A program made the translations under genes and the position numbers. Shown piece by piece: positions 47,280 through 55,303 of a stretch of 64,000 nucleotides of DNA. Under the pieces are notes generated by a model. That model saw only the letters and a program-made list of their open reading frames with translations, made no database searches and was not told the origin of the DNA. Every line of letters begins with the position of its first letter. Position 1 is the first letter of the stretch. This DNA comes from a virus: positions 32,001-96,000 of IMG/VR virus record IMGVR_UViG_3300028045_000008, one strand, 5' to 3'.

Positions 47280-47313
47280 GACAGCGGGCTTTTAAGGCCC
47301 GCTGTCATTTTTT
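47280..47313 (+). terminator. Rho-independent terminator
   Basis: GACAGCGGGC-TTTTAAG-GCCCGCTGTC followed by ATTTTTT. Confidence 0.88.
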
Positions 47314-47315
47314 GC

Positions 47316-47344
47316 TTGACAAATGTTAGCAATCATGCTATATT
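47316..47344 (+). promoter_or_regulatory. Sigma70-type promoter for the R-M-like cassette
   Basis: TTGACA-N17-TATATT with TG. Confidence 0.8.
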
Positions 47345-47367
47345 AGTATTATAACTTAGGAGAAAGT

Positions 47368-47850
47368 ATGGCTTCACGACACTTATCTAACCGAGAAAAT
47401 TGGCAAGCGCGCGCTAATGTGGTAGGCAGCACCGGCGAGACAGCCTTTGCGAATGCTTTGGCAGCATACTTGCCATCAAAATATTCTGTAGAACTCAAAC
47501 CCCCGAAATTAAAGGTGTATCCGCAAGGAAAAGGCGTCATCCTGGACTGTCGAGTAGTCAATCGAGAGACTGGAAAGTGTCTATATGTCGAGAAGAAAAC
47601 CGGAAACAAGGGCGGAAACGCCCATGAGCGTGTTTATAAATTTCTCTCTCCAGCCTTGAAGCGCCTGGTGCGATCTAAATATAATACTGTATCCAATCCA
47701 TTTTATCTGGTTTTTTCTGGAGACACCTTTCAGGGAGAAAAATATCAAAATGAATTCAAGTTGCTCCTCGAAGGAGAAAACTACGCCGTCATGGATCGTG
47801 ATTTTGGGAATATCGAGAAAGTAGCAAAAGACATTATGGAGATTGTCTAA
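47368..47850 (+). CDS. Type II restriction endonuclease-like (MunI/EcoRI-like)
   Basis: PD-(D/E)xK-like LD...VEKK and GNAHERVYKF. Confidence 0.65.
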   Translation: MASRHLSNRENWQARANVVGSTGETAFANALAAYLPSKYSVELKPPKLKVYPQGKGVILDCRVVNRETGKCLYVEKKTGNKGGNAHERVYKFLSPALKRLVRSKYNTVSNPFYLVFSGDTFQGEKYQNEFKLLLEGENYAVMDRDFGNIEKVAKDIMEIV

Positions 47851-48839
47851 TGAAGCCACTGTTTATGTGGGCTGGAGGCAAGAAAAAGCTTCTCAAGAAA
47901 TACGAACCACACTTGCCTGACAATTTCGAATCCTATCACGAACCTTTCTTTGGTGGTGGCGCGATGTTTGTTTGGGCTTATGACAAGAATCCTAATGCAA
48001 ACTTCTATATCAACGATATCAACGAGCACATTATCAGTATTTACAGGGCAGTACGAGACGATGTGGAAATATTCTGTGCGCATTTAGACGAGCTTCAAGG
48101 GGAGTATCTTGAACTGCCTGGCCCAAAAGAGCAGGGCGGAGAGACGAACAAGGCCCTGCAGAAAAAGTACGCTCGCCCAGATAAGGGGCGAGGCCGTAGA
48201 GACTGGGAGTCAATTTACAAAGAGCAAAAGTCTCGAAGGCATTATTATTTCAAAGTTCGAGACGAGTATGCTTGGGATCACAAGAAATTAACTCCAGTCA
48301 ACGAAGCTGCCATGCTGTATTTTCTAATGAAGACTGGGTTTAACGGCGTCTGGCAACTGAACAAGAACACTAACGGCAGATTCGGCACACCTTGCGGCCT
48401 AATGAAACATACTGATAAGGTATACGACAAAGAGAATGTTATGGAGTGGCATGAGGCCCTTCAGAAATGTGAAATAACTTCTGGCGACTACAAGCAAACC
48501 TTGAAAGATGTTGGTCCTGGCTCCTATATCTTCTTGGATCCTCCGTATCGCGGAGGGTTTGCGGACTATGGAACAGAGAAAGATGACAACTTCCAACAAG
48601 AAGTGGTGAATTATCTCAATGCTGCAGCGGCCCGCGGGGCATACTGCATGTTATCCAATCGTGACATGGGTGATGGATTTTTCGAGGATCGAAAAGGAAA
48701 CAATCAAATTGAATACTTTGATGTAACCTATACAGTTGGGCGAAGAAAGAAAGTAGGCGTGGATGAGAATGGAAAAGATATATTCGAGGCTGTAAAAGCA
48801 AAAGAAATTTTAATGATTGGACTTGACAAAGAAAGCTAA
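47850..48839 (+). CDS. DNA N6-adenine methyltransferase (Dam/D12 class)
   Basis: KPLFMWAGGK, EPFFGGG, INDIN, FNG and DPPY. Confidence 0.93.
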   Translation: MKPLFMWAGGKKKLLKKYEPHLPDNFESYHEPFFGGGAMFVWAYDKNPNANFYINDINEHIISIYRAVRDDVEIFCAHLDELQGEYLELPGPKEQGGETNKALQKKYARPDKGRGRRDWESIYKEQKSRRHYYFKVRDEYAWDHKKLTPVNEAAMLYFLMKTGFNGVWQLNKNTNGRFGTPCGLMKHTDKVYDKENVMEWHEALQKCEITSGDYKQTLKDVGPGSYIFLDPPYRGGFADYGTEKDDNFQQEVVNYLNAAAARGAYCMLSNRDMGDGFFEDRKGNNQIEYFDVTYTVGRRKKVGVDENGKDIFEAVKAKEILMIGLDKES

Positions 48840-48851
48840 ACGTGTTATATT
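48823..48851 (+). promoter_or_regulatory. Sigma70-type promoter
   Basis: TTGACA-N17-TATATT with TG. Confidence 0.8.
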
Positions 48852-48879
48852 AATAATATAAACAAAACAGGAGTGTTAA

Positions 48880-49191
48880 ATGGGAACTGGATTTGAAATT
48901 TTTGAAAACGTAGTTGGTATTCATCAAGAAGTTGAGGATGTCGATATGTCAACAAAAGAAGAAAAGATGTTGGAGTATGTTCGAGAACTTCAGAAGATCG
49001 AAGATCAGATGGAGCCACTGAAGGAGATGAAGCGCCAACTAAAGACTGACTTTAAAGAAGCTGATTGGCTCACTGGAGATGAAATTTCCATGACAGTTAA
49101 AGCGTATCGAATGCTCAAGACAAAAGACTTTGACTTTGATGAGTTTAGTAACGTCTATGAATCACTTGCGAAGATTGCCGGGAAGGTATAA
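48880..49191 (+). CDS. Small helical protein, possibly a GapR/T4 DsbA-like DNA-binding protein
   Basis: YVRELQKIEDQMEPLKEMKRQLKTDFKE helix pattern; resemblance is weak. Confidence 0.4.
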   Translation: MGTGFEIFENVVGIHQEVEDVDMSTKEEKMLEYVRELQKIEDQMEPLKEMKRQLKTDFKEADWLTGDEISMTVKAYRMLKTKDFDFDEFSNVYESLAKIAGKV

Positions 49192-49733
49192 TGATTTTAG
49201 AATATTACCGAACACGGCCGAATGCTATTCCCCCAACCCGCGCAAATCCATCAGACGCGGGATTGGATGTGTATTATAATCCAGAACAGCCCCAGGAATT
49301 GGGGTTGAATCTGCGCCCAGGCGAGAGTAAACTGTTTCCCACTGGTCTTAAATTCGGAGTGCCTCATGGCTATATGCTGGAGGTGAAGAACCGCAGCGGC
49401 AATGCTTCAAAGCGTAGCTTGCTTGTCGGCGCCTGTGTTATCGATTCTGGGTACGATGGCGAGGTTTTCGTCAACTTGCACAATGTGGGTACTGAAACAC
49501 AAATGATCGAGCGAGGGACGAAGATTGCCCAAATCGTCATGGTGCCGGTCGTACATTTCCGAGCACTGGAGACATCAACTGATAATCTTTATGAGTGGTA
49601 CCCGATCACGATGAGCAATCGCGGGGATGGCGCTCTGGGGTCTACTGATAATACGCCATCGCAAGATTTGACAACAAAGGATGTCGACCCATTTACTATC
49701 CCAAAAAGCTGGGAGCTAGGAGATCCCACATGA
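49191..49733 (+). CDS. dut: Trimeric dUTPase
   Basis: DAGLD, NRSG, VIDSGYDGE, KIAQ and RGDGALGST. Confidence 0.95.
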   Translation: MILEYYRTRPNAIPPTRANPSDAGLDVYYNPEQPQELGLNLRPGESKLFPTGLKFGVPHGYMLEVKNRSGNASKRSLLVGACVIDSGYDGEVFVNLHNVGTETQMIERGTKIAQIVMVPVVHFRALETSTDNLYEWYPITMSNRGDGALGSTDNTPSQDLTTKDVDPFTIPKSWELGDPT

Positions 49734-50770
49734 GAATCAAAGAGTGTCTATCATATGACGATGTGCTGCTCGTACCGAAGTATTCTGATATCGTATCTCG
49801 ATCTGAAGTTGATACTTCTGCGTGTCTATCTCCTGACCTGATTTTTAAATTGCCGATCATCTCTTCTCCGATGGACACTGTCACGGAGGAGGAGATGGCA
49901 ACAGCTATGGGTTCTGTTGGCGGTCTGGGGATCATTCACAGATATAATTCCATCGATGATCAGTGTGGTATGGTAATACGCGCCAAGTTCCACGACAACG
50001 CCGCTCCTGTGGCAGCAGCCATCGGCATCAGCGGTGACTACCAGGAGCGCGCCCACGAACTAGTACGCGCCGGCGCTTCGATTTTATGTCTGGATGTTGC
50101 CCATGGGCATCATATTCTCATGAAGGACGCTCTTACTAGTATTAAATCAATGTTCAATGACAGCGTCCATATTATGGCTGGAAATGTCGCAACCAAATCC
50201 GGATTCGAAGATCTGGCTCATTGGGGCGCCGATTCTGTCAGGTGCAATATCGGAGGGGGTTCCATATGTTCCACTAGAATTCAAACAGGCCACGGAGTTC
50301 CCGGCTTACAAACACTGCTTGACTGCTTCGATTCTGCCACTGACCGCGATGTTAAGATTATTGCTGACGGAGGTATCAGAAACAGCGGAGATATAGTGAA
50401 GGCCCTAGCAGCAGGAGCAGATTTCGTCATGGTAGGCTCACTCTTATCTGGAACAGAAGAGACGCCAGGCCCGGTCATTCGAGGAAAAGACGGAAGAAAC
50501 TTTAAGACATATCGGGGGATGGCCTCGCCAGAGGCACAGGTTAAGTGGCGAGGAAAGGCTAGTTCGCTTGAGGGAATCTCGACAATGGTTCCTCACCGCG
50601 GCTCAGTCATCCCAATCGTTGAGGAACTTGCTGTCGGTATTCGCAGCGGTCTATCCTACTCCGGATCTAGGAGTATTCTGGAATTGCAATCGAAAGCCGA
50701 GTTTATAAAGCAAACGTCATCTGGAATTGTCGAAAGCAATACCCATATTGATAGAAAGTTTAATGGCTGA
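49730..50770 (+). CDS. guaB: IMP dehydrogenase / GMP reductase family protein without CBS domains
   Basis: [42 protein letters not shown] and YRGMAS. Confidence 0.85.
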   Translation: MRIKECLSYDDVLLVPKYSDIVSRSEVDTSACLSPDLIFKLPIISSPMDTVTEEEMATAMGSVGGLGIIHRYNSIDDQCGMVIRAKFHDNAAPVAAAIGISGDYQERAHELVRAGASILCLDVAHGHHILMKDALTSIKSMFNDSVHIMAGNVATKSGFEDLAHWGADSVRCNIGGGSICSTRIQTGHGVPGLQTLLDCFDSATDRDVKIIADGGIRNSGDIVKALAAGADFVMVGSLLSGTEETPGPVIRGKDGRNFKTYRGMASPEAQVKWRGKASSLEGISTMVPHRGSVIPIVEELAVGIRSGLSYSGSRSILELQSKAEFIKQTSSGIVESNTHIDRKFNG

Positions 50771-51092
50771 TTACGGAAAAAGAGAGAAGCGGATAAGCTT
50801 CATGGATACTGATAAGCGAAATGCAGATCTGAGAATCAGGCTCAAGAACGATGGCCTGACAAAGACAAAATTCTTCAGAGCTATCTTATCGGGGTATTTG
50901 GAGAGAGATCACTTGATTATATCCTTCGTTGACAAAATAAAAGATACCCAGTCGATTCAGAGTTCGTCAAAAGCTTCGGTAGTCAAGACTCTGGAGGAGA
51001 AGGGGAAAGAAAATAAGAGAAAATTTGGACTAGGAGATGAAGAGATTCAGAGCATCTTCGATATCCTGGAAAAAGAACATCCGGAATTATAA
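50763..51092 (+). CDS. Hypothetical protein (possible ribbon-helix-helix-like DNA binder)
   Basis: ATG at 50763 overlaps the guaB end; basic N-terminal beta-helix-helix-like pattern. Confidence 0.5.
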   Translation: MADYGKREKRISFMDTDKRNADLRIRLKNDGLTKTKFFRAILSGYLERDHLIISFVDKIKDTQSIQSSSKASVVKTLEEKGKENKRKFGLGDEEIQSIFDILEKEHPEL

Positions 51093-51119
51093 ACTTTTGG
51101 GTTTTTTAAAAAACAAAAT

Positions 51120-51127
51120 ACTATTTA
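51120..51127 (+). promoter_or_regulatory. Putative late promoter ACTATTTA
   Basis: Recurrent motif before the acidic repeat gene. Confidence 0.6.
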
Positions 51128-51172
51128 TTAGTGATTATATACTGCTCTTGGTATATCTAAGGAGATCTTAAA

Positions 51173-51832
51173 ATGAGCAAAAAACTTTTGAACGAGTCAA
51201 CTATTCGTCGTTTTGGACAGTTGGCCAATGTGGACTCTTCCCTTGTTTCCAATTTCATTCATGAAATGGTAGGAGAGGTTGAAGTTGAAGAAGAACTACC
51301 CGGCGAAGAAGAACTACCCGGCGAAGAAGAACTACCCATGGACCTCGGCGATGACCTCGGCGATGACCTCGGCGATGACCTCGGCGGTGACCTCGGCGGC
51401 GACCTCGGCGGTGAGCCAGCAGACCTCGCTTCCAAAGTGATTCAAGCTGTGGCAGATGCCCTGGATATTCAAGTCGACATCGTTGGCGGCGCTGAAGGCG
51501 ATGACCTTGAAGTGGCCGATGACGAACTAGGTGACCTTGAAGTGGCCGATGACGAACTAGGTGACCTTGAAGTGGCCGATGACGAACTAGGTGACCTTGA
51601 AGCAGGAGACGACCTCGAAGAGAACGCTGCTTCGCAGCAGTCTTTCGACGCTCTCGTGTCGGCCGTCTTGCAGGAAATCGAAGCAGCCAAGACCGCTGAT
51701 AGTGCCGAGATCACAGAGGCCGCCGACACCGACGACACCGACGACACCGCCGATGCAAATGAGGCAGTAGTCCAAGAGGTTCTGCGCCGAGTCAAGTCGA
51801 GAATTTCGAGTCTTCGTAACAAAAAAGCTTAA
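51173..51832 (+). CDS. Acidic repeat-rich putative head-internal protein
   Basis: Putative late motif and AAGGAG RBS; MSKKLLNESTIRRF; tandem acidic repeats. Confidence 0.6.
   Translation: MSKKLLNESTIRRFGQLANVDSSLVSNFIHEMVGEVEVEEELPGEEELPGEEELPMDLGDDLGDDLGDDLGGDLGGDLGGEPADLASKVIQAVADALDIQVDIVGGAEGDDLEVADDELGDLEVADDELGDLEVADDELGDLEAGDDLEENAASQQSFDALVSAVLQEIEAAKTADSAEITEAADTDDTDDTADANEAVVQEVLRRVKSRISSLRNKKA
51287..51602 (+). repeat. Three in-frame tandem repeat arrays (18 bp x about 3, 12 bp x 6, 30 bp x 3)
   Basis: GAAGAAGAACTACCCGGC from 51287, GACCTCGGCG(A/G)N at 51341-51412 and GACCTTGAAGTGGCCGATGACGAACTAGGT from 51503. Confidence 0.95.
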
Positions 51833-51919
51833 AAACACCTTGTGTTTTAAAATGGTGCCACGATCTTAAATTTCCTCACAGGTGATAATCGTGGCATTTT
51901 TGTATCTTGGGGGTGGTGA

Positions 51920-52312
51920 GTGGAAAATATTCTGATCTTTGCTTTTGGCCTAGTAGCAGGCGTAATCTTTTACAGGGCTGCAGTAATCCTCGGCGCCGCA
52001 TGGATGGGCGCCCTGATGTTTCGAATGGTGGAGTTGCAGTGCCTACAATTGTTGGCCCTGTCTCTTGAGGACGCTGCCTTTATGAAACAGGCGCGCCGCC
52101 AAATGATGGAGAAGACACGAATCTACGACAATAACCAAATAAGAATAATAAAGAATGAGGACCACTACAATCTTCAAAGCTGGAAGAGCAATTCTATTCG
52201 ACGACTCATCGATAGGTACCCAGAGGCTTACCAGCGTTCTTTGAAGTATAGTAACTGGGATACTGCAATGAAATATTTGGATTCCCATATGGAAAAAGTA
52301 CTTGACAGATAA
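51920..52312 (+). CDS. Hypothetical membrane-anchored protein
   Basis: Hydrophobic N-terminus. Confidence 0.55.
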   Translation: MENILIFAFGLVAGVIFYRAAVILGAAWMGALMFRMVELQCLQLLALSLEDAAFMKQARRQMMEKTRIYDNNQIRIIKNEDHYNLQSWKSNSIRRLIDRYPEAYQRSLKYSNWDTAMKYLDSHMEKVLDR

Positions 52313-52330
52313 AATAAATTATGATATACT
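52302..52330 (+). promoter_or_regulatory. Sigma70-type promoter
   Basis: TTGACA-N17-TATACT with TG. Confidence 0.8.
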
Positions 52331-52357
52331 TATTTATAGATAACAAAGGAGAGGAAC

Positions 52358-52684
52358 ATGGAAGCGGTCGCGTGGAAACACTTCAGAAGTGGTAAAGATT
52401 ATTTTTATGTTATTCAACTAAACGGTATAAAAGGTACCCGACAAAAGAAGGAGATCGAAAAGTTTTTAAAAGATTGGAACCTACATGGCGAAGGATTTAA
52501 TCCAAAGGATAAAAGGATGACGCTCCTCTTCCAGAAGAGTTTTGACAGCGACGAAAGTTGGAAAAGTTGGGCACAGCTATTTCCCTATACTCTCGTGGAA
52601 CTCGGAAAGAGTGGGAAAAAGAAACCATATAAATTAGGTCTGGATTACATCAATTCACCCAGGAGAAGAAAAAATGTCCGTTGA
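52358..52684 (+). CDS. Hypothetical protein
   Basis: AAGGAG RBS downstream of the promoter. Confidence 0.6.
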   Translation: MEAVAWKHFRSGKDYFYVIQLNGIKGTRQKKEIEKFLKDWNLHGEGFNPKDKRMTLLFQKSFDSDESWKSWAQLFPYTLVELGKSGKKKPYKLGLDYINSPRRRKNVR

Positions 52685-53258
52685 AGAAGAAGAAGAAGAG
52701 CTTAGCCCAGAGGTTTCCGAAGAAGAAGAGCCTGTACCGCAACCACCGTCCGAACTTCGAGTTCTTGGCTTATTCGGTGATATTTCTGAGAAAAAAGCAG
52801 AAGAAGTTATTTACGCTTTGATGTTATTACTCCACGAGGAAAGCGAGGGTATTGATATGCTCATCTCCTCAGCCGGCGGCTCAGCAACCGATATGTTTGC
52901 TATTTATGACGTCATGCGAGGAATTCGTGACGTCGTAGACGTTAGCACTATCGGTCTGGGAAAGATAATGTCTGCAGCAGTCTTATTGTTGGCAGCAGGC
53001 ACCAAAGGGAAGAGGAAGATAGGCAAATACTGTCGAGTCATGCTTCATTCAGTAATCTCTGGGACTTCCGGCAGCTTGCATGACTTGGATAACGAGATGA
53101 AAGAAGTGAGATATACTCAGGATCAATACATTGAAGTTCTGTGCAAGGAAACCAAGCTCTCCGAAGAACAGATTAGGGAGATGTTTTCTAGAAACGTCAA
53201 CGTGTACCTGACAGCAGAAGAGGCAGTCGAATATGGAATTGCCGATGAGATAGTGTAA
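52674..53258 (+). CDS. clpP: ClpP-family protease subunit
   Basis: ISSAGG, AIYD, catalytic Ser in GKIMSAA, VMLH and YLTAEEAVEYGIADEI. Confidence 0.9.
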   Translation: MSVEEEEEELSPEVSEEEEPVPQPPSELRVLGLFGDISEKKAEEVIYALMLLLHEESEGIDMLISSAGGSATDMFAIYDVMRGIRDVVDVSTIGLGKIMSAAVLLLAAGTKGKRKIGKYCRVMLHSVISGTSGSLHDLDNEMKEVRYTQDQYIEVLCKETKLSEEQIREMFSRNVNVYLTAEEAVEYGIADEIV

Positions 53259-53271
53259 GGAGACAAAAACT

Positions 53272-53913
53272 ATGGCGGTAATTAAAGGACTACATGCAAG
53301 ACTGATAGCCGAAAGATTAAGCGTAATCATGAAAAAGAAAGGATATGTTTTTTTTGACAAGGGATCTTTTAACGTGAACATCGTTGGCGTGAGGTCAGGA
53401 GAGAGCAAGGCTAACAAATTCGATGACATGATCTTGCTGGTGTACCGAAACAAGAAGGGCACCTGGGAGGTAGTTTCATCGACCGCCACTACGGACCCTG
53501 GGAAACATTACCTAGTAGACAGCCCAGTCAACGACCGAGGGACTGCCATTTTGGTGCCGAACCAATACAGGGGAGTGTATCGCGTGGATATTCATGCGAA
53601 AAGCAATAAGAATTTCGCCCACGAGGCTTTGTGTCAGAGGGGCGGAGTACTTTCTGTATGGCGCGACAATAACCGGGATGATATTCTTGACCACAATCCA
53701 GAATCAATCGAGGAAGGCTGGTTTGGTGTGAATATTCATCGCAGCAAGTCTTCTGGCGCGGCTAACTATGTGGGAGCTTACTCAGCCGGATGCCAGGTTT
53801 TTAAAAATAGTACAGACTTTGACACCTTCATGGATGTCGTTAACAAGTCTAAAGATAAATATGGCAACAGTTTTACTTACACTCTTTTGGAAGAAGAGGA
53901 TTTTGAGGACTAA
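53272..53913 (+). CDS. Putative peptidoglycan-active cysteine enzyme (L,D-transpeptidase/YkuD-like), candidate lysin
   Basis: GVNIH-x14-SAGCQV His/Cys motif and TTDPG. Confidence 0.5.
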   Translation: MAVIKGLHARLIAERLSVIMKKKGYVFFDKGSFNVNIVGVRSGESKANKFDDMILLVYRNKKGTWEVVSSTATTDPGKHYLVDSPVNDRGTAILVPNQYRGVYRVDIHAKSNKNFAHEALCQRGGVLSVWRDNNRDDILDHNPESIEEGWFGVNIHRSKSSGAANYVGAYSAGCQVFKNSTDFDTFMDVVNKSKDKYGNSFTYTLLEEEDFED

Positions 53914-53921
53914 TTAGTAGT

Positions 53922-55241
53922 ATGGACGAACTAGATATATTAATTGAAAACCAACGCAACAAGAAAAATTCTATGGAGTCTGAAGAGTTCATCAGGTTTG
54001 TCGAAGAGACACTTGATAAATTCTATGACGATTTGCCCCGCACTAAAACATTGACGGAGGGCGCCCTCCATGAGGACTTCGAGAAGGGAAAAGAATTTCT
54101 ATTGACTCTCCCGAAATTCGCACCCAATGAAAACTGGGGAAAGCCAGGGTCTGCCGACCGAGAAGCGGTCAATAGAATCTTTAATGCTATCGGCGGTGGA
54201 GCTACTCTCGAAGAGAAGTTGAATTTTTTAGCAGCTATTGGAAAAGAAGAATCTGGAATAACATCTCCACGTCGAATAATATCGAGCCTGATAATCCTAG
54301 AATCTCTATCATCTATATTGACAAGTTTCCAGCCATCACCAGCGGGTTTTGTATTTGAGGCTTTCCTTGCAGCACTTCTGAGGGGAGCACAAATCCCCGC
54401 AGCCTCCGCCGACACGATCGCCGACTTGGAGGCGTTCACCCATATCCCCTCTTCAGGCAATGCCCCGGCGAAAGAGCGAAAAGGATTATCGATAAGCCTT
54501 AAGTTACTTGCTCCTGGGACGGCAATCGAGGGAAGTTACACCGACCTCATAGATTCCCTGAATAAGTCGGGCTCAATGACATATGTGATCGCGAGGAAGA
54601 TAGGGGGAGTTCTTAAAATTGAATCTTTCGTATTCACTAGGGATAATTTCCTTAAAGCCATCAGCACGATGCAGAAGGGCGAGAGACTTAAAACAACTGC
54701 TAAACTCTTTACTCTTCCTGGGAAAACCGGCGAAGAATCTCTCAAATATCTCAACAGTCTTGAAAACTGGGGTGAGAAATACGCAGAGCTTCAAAAAACA
54801 CCAGGCTATCGTGGCAAGGTTGCTCCAGCAAAGGAGGAGCCAGATAGGGATCTCGCGCTCGAACCAACAGGCAAACCCGACACCCAGTCTGTCACTACAG
54901 AATCGCAAGAGCTTTTAGCCGAGTCATTGACCCAGTGGAACGTTACCGGTGATCAGCTTAAGACGCTCGGTGACGCCGTGGTCCGCACCGAACTGGCCGA
55001 ACTACCATATGCACCAGAAAAGATTTATAAAATTGCTGAAATGAGAATGAAGGCTCTCGATGCTACGTTACTAGATCTCTTTGCCGCAACAAAAAGTTTG
55101 TCCGATAACGTAAATTTATATTTCTCTGAAGAGCAGCGCAATAATGCAATCAACGCTGGACAATCCGCCATATCGGACACTACCAGAATTGCTGAGAATT
55201 TGAAATCTGGAATTGCAAAAGATAAAAAAGAAGTAAATTAG
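53922..55241 (+). CDS. Hypothetical late protein with possible PD-(D/E)xK-like domain
   Basis: GFVFEAFLA...IAD...SISLKLL; LxE-rich N-terminus. Confidence 0.5.
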   Translation: MDELDILIENQRNKKNSMESEEFIRFVEETLDKFYDDLPRTKTLTEGALHEDFEKGKEFLLTLPKFAPNENWGKPGSADREAVNRIFNAIGGGATLEEKLNFLAAIGKEESGITSPRRIISSLIILESLSSILTSFQPSPAGFVFEAFLAALLRGAQIPAASADTIADLEAFTHIPSSGNAPAKERKGLSISLKLLAPGTAIEGSYTDLIDSLNKSGSMTYVIARKIGGVLKIESFVFTRDNFLKAISTMQKGERLKTTAKLFTLPGKTGEESLKYLNSLENWGEKYAELQKTPGYRGKVAPAKEEPDRDLALEPTGKPDTQSVTTESQELLAESLTQWNVTGDQLKTLGDAVVRTELAELPYAPEKIYKIAEMRMKALDATLLDLFAATKSLSDNVNLYFSEEQRNNAINAGQSAISDTTRIAENLKSGIAKDKKEVN

Positions 55242-55244
55242 TTC

Positions 55245-55273
55245 TTGACATTTAGTTCAAATGTGTTTATAAT
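55245..55273 (+). promoter_or_regulatory. Perfect sigma70 consensus promoter for groEL
   Basis: TTGACA-N17-TATAAT. Confidence 0.85.
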
Positions 55274-55303
55274 ATAATATACAAAACTTTTACGAGGTGT
55301 GAT

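Noticed and set aside
51287-51602. CRISPR array
   Set aside because: The repeats are head-to-tail, lack unique spacers and are in frame within a CDS.
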